A stretch of DNA of 63,405 nucleotides, the filler included, from Dugesia japonica (Eukaryota): the NCBI GenBank assembly GCA_001938525.1. It is 6 parts of 6 records of this genome, joined end to end, with 100 filler letters (N's around TTAATTAATTAA, not from the genome) between each part and the next. Parts side by side here need not be neighbours in the genome. Positions count along the whole stretch, not along the records: positions 40,354 to 52,953 come from MQRL01642722.1; positions 53,054 to 63,405 come from MQRL01585982.1; 4 more parts are not named here. One strand, 5' to 3'. This document shows positions 51,080 through 63,405 of the stretch, one piece after another. A model generated the notes under the pieces. It had not been told where the DNA came from. It saw only the letters and a program-made list of their open reading frames with translations, and searched no databases. Positions within the stretch are counted from its first letter, which is position 1. The number at the start of each line of letters is the position of its first letter. The position numbers and the translations under genes are program-made.

Positions 51080-52750
51080 ATATAATTACTTTAACTATAG
51101 TTTTAAATGTGTAAATTAAACAGGATAATGAAGGATTAATTGCATAATGATAGGAATTTTGAATTAAGATACGAATACGCTCAACAAATGATGCTTTTGG
51201 ATGAAAATAAATTTATATTTTAATGAAATGGAAATTTCATCTTCTTCCTGAAAATATTATGGACGCAGTTTGATTGAATCAAGAGCAAATAAAACAGTAG
51301 CAACCGTGCGAGGTAACATTTTGTTAGCTATAAATAATGTTAGCGTTTTACCTAGGTGAATTAATGTTTTGAAAATTAAGTCTAGAGCTTAGTATAACCC
51401 CGCAAAGAATTCAATTTGGCATCTCCAAGAATACAGATCTTTTGAATAGAGCCGTTGACTCGGAATCCGAGTACAGACTCGCAATCCTTTGGTTTGGGTT
51501 CATATTTCATAATACTTGCTTGATCTTTAAGACATACTTAATTTCTATTGGTCAATAGTATCAGTACTTTGCATTGTATATCTATCTCTAACCGATGTTT
51601 CTCCATATCTCCACTCGTTATGATGAGTGGAGGTTTGAGCATATGATCGAGTAATTAAAGTGATGACAATTGTGGTTATTTTTTAAAGTCATGAGAGAAA
51701 GTTAAGTGCCATGTGAGCTTAGTGTTATCCTGAGGCCCAGATTTTATAACAAGAAAATGATTCATACACCCCTTTGTAGTTAATTAAATATTGTCAATAA
51801 ACAGCAAATTATAACAGCACGATTTGTCACCAAGACCATTATTAAATAACCTCCCACATTCGCGCCAAATTTCATCATTATTTCGAGTCAATAACACTAC
51901 ATGGGAGGCACTGCTTACTAGAAAAGATAAGTTAAACTAGTTAAAAAATCCCTGTTTTAATTTATCATGAGCTGAGAATCATAATATGTTAGTTAGTTAT
52001 TTCTAGTATGGACGCTTTTAATTTATCATTTTACTTATTACTTAGTTCCTAAAAAGGTGAGTTAATTTTAGCTCTAATCACTGGTATAAGTTTAATAAAA
52101 GAATTTAAATAAACGAAAGTTATATTATATAAAAGAAATCCGGTTATGGAAAGTTACTTTATTGTAATTCCACCCATTACACATTAAATTAAAATTACAT
52201 CAATAAAACTAAAAACTAACAAGGACTGCATCTCAATCTGGAGCAAGCACATAGGGATCATTACATTCGTTACTTCTTCACCAATATTCTAAAAAATCCT
52301 TCTGAGTCAGAAATCGCTGTTGGAATCAGTTAACAAGAGATTACCTTTAACTTATAATTTCCCAGTTGAATTTGCTTTGCTTTTCAGAATTATTGGGATT
52401 CAAAATTGACTTTAACTAGCGTTTGGTTTAAATTTTGCTTCCGAATTTTTTATGAATTGTTTTCCGTCTGAAATTAAAACGGTATTTGTACTGTTTCTCT
52501 TTACATCCTCGGTCCTTTCATTGGTCATTTAACATCGTACGATTTTTCTAATGTTTATATTGGCTTGATCGTGACATGAGTTCTTTTTATTGGTACTTAT
52601 TTTAGGATTCCAAAATTATTGGAATATTTTGTATTATTGTAACTTCTTTCTGAGTCTCATTATGATTTTTTTAACTTCAATTTTCGAAATCTCCTATTTT
52701 GTCTTGACAATAATACATGGGAAGTCGTCGTTTTTGCCATATTTCACAAA
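51080..52750 (-). mobile_element. Possible highly decayed LTR retrotransposon remnant
   Basis: PBS-like TGGCGCGAATGTGGG (tRNA-Lys-like) at ~51853-51867 on the minus strand and broken coding-like frames; no firm domain. Confidence 0.3.
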
Positions 52751-54479
52751 ATATTTAATTTTCTTTTAAAAATAAATTATTTTAATTTGTTAGATTTATT
52801 TTATTTAAATAAATAAATTATTTATTTTATTTTCTTCTTAATTAATAATTTGATGTTCATTTTTTTGTTTTCTGAACTAAAATTAATTTAAGTTCGTCGT
52901 TTTTTCTTTCATTAATTAATTTAATTAATTCCTTTAATTTATTTTCTCTTTCTNNNNNNNNNNNNNNNNNNNNNNNNNNNNNNNNNNNNNNNNNNNNTTA
53001 ATTAATTAANNNNNNNNNNNNNNNNNNNNNNNNNNNNNNNNNNNNNNNNNNNNTCATCAACTTTTGAATAACGTGTATCAGAGATTTTCAGTAATCAAAC
53101 TAACACCACTAAATAATTACCAATCTGTTATAATTCGGAACAATTAAACCAGTTTCAAATGAAATATGGCGAATTATTTGTGAGTAATTTAAAACTGGGA
53201 TGTGAGTATTTTAAAAAATGGATTTGAATCTAATATATAAGGAATGTAAAGTTTCGTCATCGAGGAAAAATGGAACAGTGCAACAAGCATCTTTAAGAAA
53301 AAAATGAAAATAAATTTTTAAAATTATAAAAATTATTTTATGAAATTATGTTTAAAAACAATTAAAGATATATGTAAAATAAAAGTATTTTAGAATTAAA
53401 ATCGATATTTTTAAAAAAACATTTTATTAAAATTTTTCAGATTATTTGTTTGAATACTGTGAATTGTTATTCATCTTTTTTCACTTTCATCAAAAAACTT
53501 TTAATAAGCAATAAAAACTTATGAAGAGTTGTGAGATTTTGAATTTAACTATTTTGTGCATGATGCACAATTTTATTCAGAAAATTTAAAAAATTATGAT
53601 TTTTATTATAGGTTTTTAAATTTCAACTAATATATTAAAAAACGAGTAGTGTTTTTCTGTTCCGTTGCTTGGGTTTGATGCTCAAAATTTAAAATTTTAC
53701 ACTATAGGTAAAACACTAAAACATAAAGAGTGAACATGATCAGACAACTTCCTGAAGTAATTGATGTGCCAAATAAGACTGGTGGTAGGTGTGAAAATTA
53801 AAGCGAACAAGAGGTCAATTGTACAACAGAAAGAAAGAGAGCATGTGGAGGGCACTGATGTCGAGCGTCTTTTAAGCAAGTCCTGAGCAAACGAACGAAT
53901 AAGGTCAAAATTGTGTACCTAACTTTGGAAAACCTTTTAGCAGACCTTATTTGCATGCGATATCGACGGTAAGATGTATCTTTTTATCTTTTCTTTTGTA
54001 AAAATATAATATAAAATATACATAAAAAAATTTATTAAAAAAAATTCTACGAATGATTTTTTTGCGCATTCGTTGATTACGGGGCGACTTGCGACTCATA
54101 AAATACCCAGTAATATAATAATAACAATAATAATTGTGAGGAATATGTGATTTATGAGAATTTTTATGTTTAATTGCAATTCTTTTATGTTATCTGTTTA
54201 TTTGAACTTTTAGAACTTTCTGTGTTTTTATTTGAATATTCTATTTTGTAATTGTTAGGTGGATATTTTTAAATAATTAAGATTTGTTTACTTTAGAATT
54301 TGTAATTAAAAATCTCTAAATTACATTGTAAACTTTTTATAACTTTTTAATAAGTATTATTTTGTAAAGTTAAAATTTTAAAAAAAAATCTTTTAAAACA
54401 TGCTTTCATAATGATCATTGGGATTCTAAGTGAAAAAAATTGGTAATACTTTCATAAATAACTTAACACGTCATTTAGT

Positions 54480-54870
54480 TAAATATTTATTTAGTACAAG
54501 TTTCGACAGGTTATCTGGCATCTTCAGGCAAACTGTTTAAAACTAAGAATAGAGTATAATCTAAAATTCCGCATTTTGCAAACGATTATTTAACAGTCTC
54601 AATAAAATTCCAATTAATTAAAGACATTTAATAAAGATTTAGAAACACCAGTCTGAACTTTAATTTTTGGATCATATGATCTAATCATCAATGCCTCACA
54701 CATGATTCTTTGATAATAATAATAATAATCTTTAAGATTTCTGCACAAAATTGTGAAATTATTAATATGTATAACTGATTTACACTGAATATTGTGTTCT
54801 TCAATATTACTACGACTACTTAATCGACTATGTTCCTGAATCCTTTTATAGAGATAACGGGAAGTTGCTC
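54480..54870 (-). mobile_element. Penelope-like element 3' fragment (GIY-YIG plus hammerhead-like motif)
   Basis: TSRYLYKRIQEHSR...NFTILCRN...RIMCEALMIRSYDPKI, followed by CTGAAGA...GAAAC at 54500-54527. Confidence 0.8.
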
Positions 54871-55057
54871 AAGATGATTATTAGAAAGAATTATGTGCGA
54901 ATTCAATAATTCTGTGAGAAATCTAGGAAATAATTATCCACCTGGACCTATAATTTTAACAGAAAATTTGAAAAATTTAATAATAAAAATAACTGAAATA
55001 ATGAAAATCAGAGATATCAACCATCAGTTTCAATGAATAAATTGCAATAGCTCAGAT

Positions 55058-56130
55058 CAGCGATTCTTAACATATGGTCTGTGGACCAATTGTGGTCCGT
55101 GGACTAAAGCCAGATGGTCCGTGAAGACAATTTAAATTACAAACTGTAGTAATAAAATTATTGATCAATAAAATATTTAATAATACCAAAAATTCATATT
55201 TTTTAGTATTTTAAATTGTTTATTTAGATCATTGATATTCGAAATTTTCATATTAAATTTACTTTTAATATTCGAAATTATAACTAAAAAGCAGAATTAA
55301 TAAAATTATTAATTAATAAAATATTTAATAATACCAAGACAAATTATATTTTCATATCAATATATTTTTTTTAATATTATTATTAGTAAGATATTTTAAA
55401 TTTCGTTGAGAATAAAAATTTTTTACGACTTTTACGCAGACTATGCAAGCAAATGGATCAGTGGATGAAAACTAGATCAATTAAACAGGGAAGTGTTAAC
55501 AAAGAAAACAATAATGAATTAAATGAAGAATTGAATGAAAATGCTGAACAAATAATTGTCGATCAGGAAGTTAGTGAAATTGACATTGATAAGTCATTTG
55601 TACGAATGGTGAACTGTAATCCATCAGCCTCCAATAATTTGCAAAGAAAACTGGTTCTTCGAAAATATGATGACAACTATATAACGTATGGATTTACTTA
55701 CATGCTTGAAAAAAATGAACCATTGCCACAATGCGTTCTGTGCTATGAAGTTCTTGCGAATGAAAGCATGAAACCTGAAAATCTAAAACGTCGTCTTCAG
55801 TCAAAACATGTCTTCCGGACAAACCAGATGAGTGTTTTCATTGTAAGCCAAAAGAACTCAAGCAATACAATGCAACTTTAAAAAACAACGAATATGAAGG
55901 GAAAAACTCCGGAAGCTTCATATGACATAAGCAAACTCATTGCGAAAGCTGGAAAACCACACGCAATTGGAGAGGAATTAATTTTCCCAGTTGCAAAAAT
56001 TTTTTGTCAGACATGTGCGATGATAAAATTAATAGTGAATTCGATGTAGTACCACTTTCAGATGGTACTGTCTCTCTTAGAATTTGTGATATGGCTGGTA
56101 ATATTAGTCGAAAATTTGAATATTTATAAA
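55058..56130 (+). mobile_element. hAT (Buster/Charlie, ZBED5-like) transposon 5' remnant
   Basis: TIR-like CAGCGATTCTTAAC; LRKYDDNYITYGF...PQCVLCYEVLANESMKP..LKR; EASY...IAKAGKPHAIGEELI; VPLSDGTV..RI.DMA. Confidence 0.9.
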
Positions 56131-56712
56131 ACAACAATTTAATTTTATCAAAGCTATGAAATCTCAAATTCGATCAAAGGTTAAGTCCAACATTTATTCT
56201 CTCAATAATTGTATATTATATATAATCCGCTAATAAATCCATTTGGATAATTTATTTTTTATAGTATCATGATTGCTATTTTTATTAATTAATTTTTTAA
56301 TTAATTTTACCGATGAGTATCTTCTGTAAGACTTTCAGTAACTTTCCTTTTAGTAAAAACTAAACATTGTTTTAAACACATTTTTGTGGTATTCATCATT
56401 TATGGCCAAAATTAATGATCCATAAGTTTTTAAAACTGCTTAATAATTAAGACATGTAAAGCAAGTGGTGTATGCACGAACCCTCATAATACGACACTGT
56501 ATATTCATAAATTTTAATTAATCGTTTTAATTGTTCGTGTTTCTTAACTCGATACAATTAATCGATACTTATAATTGCTTGACATATCGATATTTTATTT
56601 AGAATTATATTTTGTTCTTTTTTTATTTAATTGGTTTTGAATCAAAACAATTATTGTTAACATCATTAATTTATTAAAGTTATGCCGCATTATTATGATA
56701 ATTTTTATTTAG

Positions 56713-56915
56713 GAATGAGTACAACTCATGAAGTCATTGTGGCTCGACATATGGGAATATCAGTTTTTGCCATATCTCTTATTACAAATGAATGTATTCT
56801 TGAACACGATTCTGATAAGGCAGTTGATCATGTAGAAGTTCTTGAGATAGCTAAACAAAAGGCTTTAGTAATGCAGAAAATTATGGAAAATTTGGTTTCT
56901 GAAATAGATATATAA
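56713..56915 (+). CDS. PNP: Purine nucleoside phosphorylase, terminal exon
   Basis: ttttatttag acceptor followed by GMSTTHEVIVARHMGISVFAISLITN...DHVEVL, the trimeric PNP C-terminal signature; AATAAA at 56961. Confidence 0.92.
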
Positions 56916-57275
56916 ACATACATTTATTAGTTGTTATTTTTCAAAGAAATTTGGAATAATAATAAAATGGTTCTTTTAAATTATTTACTAAACGTTACTT
57001 TTATTTGAAATATTATTGTCCCCTGAATTTCAGTTAGTTAATAAAATTTATCAAATAATTGAAACAAAAAAATTTAGTGTATATTTTAATTAATTTCATT
57101 TTCCAATTAGAATTTGTTATTCTATTATTATTTCCATTCATTTCCTTATTTTGCAAAAATTAGGAATATTTGATACCAGTTACAGGGTTTTTCAAATTAA
57201 TTTTAGAATATTTTTTAAGTGGTTTGACATATAATATGAAAATCTACAAACCTTGATTAAATAAACTTAATAATA

Positions 57276-58010
57276 CGTGGTGCGCGAAAAGTCCTTGGAC
57301 TTGATAATTATATATTTAAAGGTGAATAATAACCAGAAATAAAAAATAGTAACAACATAAAAAATGCATAAAATTTTATTTAAGCTAACTCATTTTCAAA
57401 AATTCCTCTATTGGCTTTGATACAGGCTTAAAGATGTCTGGGAAACTGGTCTATCTCGGCGCGCACTGTTTCCTCGTTGATTTCGTTCCATACTTGTACC
57501 AAATCACGTTTTAATGATTTGACAGAATTATGGCTCTTAGAACAGGCTTTAATCTGAAGAATTCTTTATATCGCATAGTCCAAGGGGTTCAAATCTGGCG
57601 AGTACGGTAGCCATTCCTGGGAGGTTACATAATCCGGAAAATTGTCCTCTCAACATTTTTTGGGTTATTTTTGCTTTATGAGTGGGTGCAGAATCCTGTT
57701 GGAAAATCCAATCATCATTTGGATAATTTTTTTTTGAACCAAGGCGTCCCTGCCACTTAAAAAATGTCCGAAATATAATTTCTGGAATTGATTTTCATAC
57801 CATTTTCGACAAAAATCAGCTTAGTTTTGCCTGAAAATGACACTGCAGCCCAAACCATGACCTCTGCTGGTTTTGAGTGCGAGAAACAATCTTTAACATT
57901 TGGTTTGCTACTGAAGAAGATGGAGAAAGAACTCTATCATGTTGGATGTTGTGGGTTTGCTCTATACTAAAATGTTTCTCATCAGAAAAAAGCATACTTT
58001 CATGAAAATT
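57276..58010 (-). mobile_element. Tc1/mariner superfamily DD37D (maT) transposase remnant with 3' TIR
   Basis: LFSDEK, VMVWAAVS, FQQDSAPTH and WLPYSPDLNPLDY, with 37 residues between the last two Asp after correcting one frameshift; TA then CGTGGTGCGCGAAAAGT at the end. Confidence 0.9.
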
Positions 58011-58631
58011 GTATAAAAATAGAAACAAAATATTAGGTTGGTGCATAATTAACGATAACTTTTAAAATTTATAACATTCATAAAAATTCTATAACCAATC
58101 CATAAATAATTTCAAAAAAATAATTTTTTTGATAATATGTGTGTCAAAATTTTGATCCACAGACAAAATGGCCAAAAAATAAAAATATACAAAAGTTTTT
58201 TAAGAGGTTTTAAAGATTATATTTGGAAATCTAATCTAGGAATTCAGAATATTGAATGGTGATCGCAAGAGTGTGAGCCAAGATTCAAAGTAAAAATATG
58301 GAACATGTATGATTCTGTTATTTTAGATGGAAAGCGTACAAATAACGTTGTCCAAGTTTTGTATTTAAAGTTTCAAAGAATGATAAGAACATCTAATGCA
58401 CAATTATGGAAATTCCTAGAATTTATTCGAAAGTACCAACATAATAGTGAAATATTAATTCTTCAATTATATGCATGACATACTAAAACTAAATCCCCAA
58501 GCAAGAAAATAAATATTATTAATAATGATAAAATTGAGGAATTAGGAAGATCTTATAGTGAATTTAGAAGAACTAGGAACATAAGGAAATATCTTTTAAA
58601 TAACGGAAGACACTTGAAAACCATTTTTCCA

Positions 58632-58632
<1 letters not shown>

Positions 58633-58701
<69 letters not shown>

Positions 58702-58780
58702 NNNNNNNNNNNNNNNNNNNNNNNNNNNNNNNNNNNNNNNNNNNNNNNNNNNNNNNNNNNNNNNNNNNNNNNNNNNNNNN

Positions 58781-58847
<67 letters not shown>
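58633..58847. repeat. (TAA)n microsatellite with an internal gap
   Basis: Pure taa repeats on both sides of the Ns. Confidence 0.98.
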
Positions 58848-58949
58848 TCTGAAGAGAGAAATTAATAACTTATTAATCACTTTCTAAATAAAGTTATTTT
58901 TTTAATAAAGTTATTATTTATTATTATTATTAATTATCAATCTATTTAT

Positions 58950-59295
58950 TCAAACAAATATTCTGAAAAACCAATTTAATGTGTCAAATTTATTTTCAAT
59001 TGCAAAAGATCAAAACGATGTTTTTCTATTTTCATAGAGAGTTCGAGAAAATGTTCAACAAATTTTAAATTTAATGTTATAATTAGTTACCAATGAAAAT
59101 TAATTTTAATCAGATTAATTTAAATTGGGTTTCTATTTAATCGTTTATAAACAGAATGAATTGAGCAATAGTTTTTGAAGAAAAAGCATAGCTAAAATAT
59201 TGAACTCTCTATGAAAATAGGAAAACATTGTTTTGATCTATGCAATTGAAAATGAATTTCACTTATTAAATTTGTTTTTCAAAATATTTGTTTAA
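58950..59295. mobile_element. Palindromic MITE (~100-bp arms)
   Basis: ttttcaattgcaaaagatcaaaac...ctattttcatagagagttc is mirrored by gaactctctatgaaaatag...gttttgatctatgcaattgaaaa. Confidence 0.8.
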
Positions 59296-59449
59296 TTTAC
59301 AGATCAATGGAAAAGTTAAAAATGAAATATTTTGAAATGAAAATCTTAAAATTATAATTTCTGAAATGAAATTTAATCTATTTATTATTCAAAAAATCAA
59401 AATCTTTTTTTTTGCATTTTTTTTATATTTTTTGGCCATTTTTTCCTGA

Positions 59450-59610
59450 TAATAAAATTTCTATTCATGCTTGCTTTATGCTCTACCACTTCGAGAAGGA
59501 ATTTAAAGCGGCGGAGTCTTTTTGTAATTTGAAAGACCTTTTAGTGGAGGAACAGTCAGCCAAACATGTTGAAGGATTATTCAAAAAGTTCAAATCGGGT
59601 TTAAAGATAA
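59450..59610 (+). pseudogene. Mariner transposase N-terminal HTH fragment
   Basis: MLYHFEKEFKAAESFCNL...LFKKFKSG resembles the Mos1-type HTH. Confidence 0.65.
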
Positions 59611-60809
59611 TTGTTAGAAGACATGATAATGATAGTAAAATTATATTTTATGATATAATTTTTTATTTAATTTTGAGGAAATCTTCAGCAGAGCCTGTAA
59701 AAACAGTGCAACCACACAAGGCTCCGCGTCGTTTGCGTTTTAACAAAAGGTACTAATAAATTATTTTTATCTTTTGATTTTGAATAAAATTTACCCTAAA
59801 TAGTTTTATAATAATTTAAAACATAAAATTAATTATATTAATAAAAGTTTTCTAGTGTAATATTAATGTGTATAAAGTAAAACTAAAACAACAATCTTTG
59901 ATTCTACTTATGACAATTTTTTTATAATTATTTCTGTATGAAATTTGTTTCAATGCCCCACTAGAAAACTTAGCACAGGGTCCCACTTTGTTTGTGCCGG
60001 CTCTGGTGGAGAACATACTCAGTCACAAGCACATCAATCTAACAAACATATTAAATTTCAAAACATCCATACTGGCGGGGTATACATGAAACACTGAGCT
60101 CAAATCCAGAATAATTAATAGTCAATTCAGACAATTTGAGTCGATCAGACAAAGTTACGTACAGGATATTAGTTATAATTAAAACTAATAAAATTTGCTT
60201 CTCACTATTTGCTAAAACTAAAAAAAGATAGAACCACAGTTTTATTGATAATCATAAACATTAAAATCGTGACAAAATGGAGATTAAAAAATTGTTACAA
60301 AATTTTGATAATTTTCGAGATTACATTATCTTTTATACTACAATAGTTAGGCACCAAAAATTAATTTTCTTGGTAATGACCAATCAAATACAAATAAAAA
60401 CTGCAAAATGACTTTTCTCTACGTCCATTGAACTAGCAATAAACATGATTTAGCCAAATCGAAATTATATTACTCACATGTCGACTTTTGTTTTATGAAC
60501 TTGGTTCACTTTTATAATTACAATTAAAATTTGGTCTGAAAAGAGTGAAGAAAAATAGCTTTACTTGCCAAAATCTCTTTAAGATTCTCTTGAAATGAAA
60601 AATATTCTGCAATAACTGTAAAAAAGAGTGAACTTATAAAAATAACTTCCACCTAGTGTTAATAGGTTCTTCAAATAGAAACTTTATAAATATTGGGAAG
60701 ATGAGATTATTATTAAATGTCATAATATTAATAAAAAATACTATAATAACCAGATAATAAAACTTTGAATAACAAAATTCAAGAGAAATAATTAATTTAT
60801 TCTATCTAC

Positions 60810-61430
60810 TAACGTCATTGTTTCTTCAATTTCTTCTATATTCTGGCGTTTCCTCAAAGTCACTTCTTCAACTTATTTGTTATCTGAACATAATAGCATT
60901 TTTTCTTCTGTAAAATTTTTATTTGTAGATAATCTTTTTACTAAATCCTTTACATCCTTAAAATCAACTTGAAACTCTTCATTTCAACGCCTGTAGTTAA
61001 TCAAATTTGGAAAATCCTTGACAATATCTTTCTCTTTCTCAAATGCCAAAGTAAATGAACCTAAAACCATTCACCTTTTTCGACGTCTTTGTATGTTCAT
61101 CTAACAAACAAGAGACTAATCTTTCCTGTTTGTGTAATGCCCTTAGCATAAAAATCCAATTCGCAACGCTTTATGAATTTTTCAATAAAATCTCTACATA
61201 GCACATCTGATAATAACCTATCTGTAATAGAATCCGTGTTTACCATGTTAGGTGAATCTTCAAAAGATAATTTTTTTTCCAAATCAGAACTATTACTTTT
61301 AGACATATTTCTATTTCACTATTAACTCAGATGACTCATTTTAATAAATATATGGAAATAAAAATAAATCAATATTAATAATCATTTCAATCGCTTTTTA
61401 TTGGCTGAAATTATTAATTATTTCCTATTA
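60810..61430 (-). mobile_element. Gypsy LTR plus gag N-terminus, third copy of the family
   Basis: MSKSNSSDLEKKLSFEDSPNMVNTDSITDR...IEKFIKRCEL; nucleotide similarity to 42290-42830. Confidence 0.88.
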
Positions 61431-63405
61431 CCCAATATAATATTTTCGAAAGATTTCTGGTAGCAAAATGAAAATTGCAAATTTTAAAATTAATAAATCC
61501 CAAATTATTGAATAAATTCATTTTTAACAACAAATAAAATTTTTTATTTCAAAAAATTATTTGTAGTTAGAAACGAGTTTATTTATTGACAGATCAATTG
61601 TTTTTTTAAAAAAAATAATTTTTTAAGTTTTAAAACAATTTAAAAAATAGATTAACCAAATTATTGAAATTATTAATTATGTTTTTAATAAAATTTTCCT
61701 GCTTTATCAAGCAAATTCTAAACATTGTTTTCCGTAGTATTGAAATCGGCTACATTTTTCAAATAATAAATAATACAATTTTCTTATTCTATATTATTAA
61801 TATTAATTAATTATTAATATATTATTATAAATTCTCCGAAGAAAATTATAAAAAAAGTGATACAATAGCAAATATATTCAGAATAAAATTATTTAATGAA
61901 ATTACAATTGAGGCGAGAATACAATTAGAGTTTATACAACAATATTGTTAAAAACGAATGAAGTAGTAAATAAATATTTCGAAATGATAAGTAACAGTTA
62001 AATTGAAATTTATCAAATCACTAATAATATGTTATATAGGAAATTATGAGAAATACTTTGGCAAATATGAGACACGAATGTTCAGTTATTCAGTGTATTA
62101 TTCAATTGAATAATAATAATAATAATAATAATAACAGCAGCTTTAGCAAATAAGTCTTTGGATATCGTTTTTCTTTAACAGAAAACAGATGGTAATTAAA
62201 TTTAACACAAATGTTAATATACTTAAGCAAATAAATTTTAATTTCATTTATTTGTATTTTAAAGAACACGTGTTTGTCTAATTACTGTTTCAATGTACAA
62301 GATTTAATAAATGCACTATATATATATATATCACGGACGGATCCTAAGGAGAGTGATCAACCCTCATAGTAAGATTTATAAATTAGCAAATTTTCAAAAT
62401 TATCAGTCACTTTCACCAAAAACTATAAAACAATATGGAAAGTCTGCCCACTATAATGAAAGGTCGGGAAACCTCACAGTGCAAAAAGTAGGTACACATA
62501 CTCTATGCAGCTATGAGACTCTTTCTGTAATGCTGCTGGGAAAATTTTAAGTAAAAATAATTGCTTTCTGAGATATTTAATCAAATATTTGGTTTGAAGT
62601 AGAATCTTTCTTATTTTCCACAATTACCTGATAGTGCAACTTCGGCGGAAAGAAATATGTCATGCTTATAAAGAATAAATTCTTATTTAATAAATAAAAT
62701 AGGACAAGATAACTTGTTAGATTTAGCGTTATTAAATATGCATATGGATATTTATGTTAAAATTTATGATGTCAATAGTGAAAATAAGAGGCTAGATTTC
62801 CTAATAAAATAAGAATTAGTTTAATTTAAACCAGGTACCTTTGTTTATAGTTCTGATTACAACAGTATATAAGTAATTTTTTTGTTATAAGGTGGATATT
62901 ATAGATGTAATATTTTTGTTGAAGGATATACGTGTAGTAGTTGAGAAATAAAAATAAAATAAAAGTATGAATTTGAAACTACAAAAGCTCAAATAAAAAC
63001 ACATCATAAAATTATTAATGTAAATTTGAATGTATATAATATTGTAAATAAAATTGTAAAAAACAAATTATGTAAAATAAAAATAATGAAATAAACAATT
63101 TAAAATCGATTTATAATAATAAGAGTGTATCTAAAAGGGAAAACATAAATTGATAACTGATAAAAATTCAAATAAAGTCTAAAAACCTCAAATCATCGTT
63201 AATAATGCGAAATTATTTTGTAGATGAGAAAGAAGGCAAAATACATTATGAAAACATTGAATAATTAAATTTAGATGAAATAATTAATGTAAGCCATGTA
63301 AGTAGTTTCCTCAGAATCTTTTATTTTGTTATTTGGTTCCATCTGACATTGTGTACAGGTCCCACACTGTGGTCTCGACAACATATCTGCATTCGTGTGT
63401 TTTAT

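Noticed and set aside
56682-56712. ATG-started 77-aa ORF as a complete gene
   Set aside because: The first 10 codons are intronic; PNP homology begins at the acceptor at 56712/56713.
58596-58880. Poly-I/N/Y ORFs
   Set aside because: Translations of a (TAA)n microsatellite and an N gap.

Overview
Very AT-rich eukaryotic (animal) DNA. Composition, 39-44 nt introns and the TE spectrum suggest a flatworm or planarian-like invertebrate, but this is inference only. The window is not contiguous: it is six contigs joined by N-padded TTAATTAATTAA spacers (12305, 21257, 30842, 40298, 52998). Recognisable host genes are the last three exons of an ionotropic glutamate receptor (8668-9671, minus strand) and the last exon of purine nucleoside phosphorylase (56713-56915, plus strand). 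The rest is mostly decayed mobile DNA: at least two Polinton/Maverick (adintovirus-like) lineages, several Ty3/Gypsy fragments, Penelope-like elements, Tigger/pogo, hAT-Buster, DD37D maT and mariner remnants, MITEs and satellites. The most striking signal is a family of 2.7-3.8 kb LTR-like units with TGTTGGG...CCCAACA termini. One is followed by a tRNA-Pro-type PBS and one is a solo LTR with a near-perfect 4-bp TSD. They carry their own small coiled-coil genes, and one protein aligns without gaps (W-x51-RE) across three nucleotide-divergent copies. Also notable: a Gypsy family whose gag frame starts inside the LTR and reads through the tRNA-Leu PBS, a 111-bp AGTAGT-capped hairpin at a Polinton end, and Penelope-type GIY-YIG genes next to Polinton genes in two contigs.
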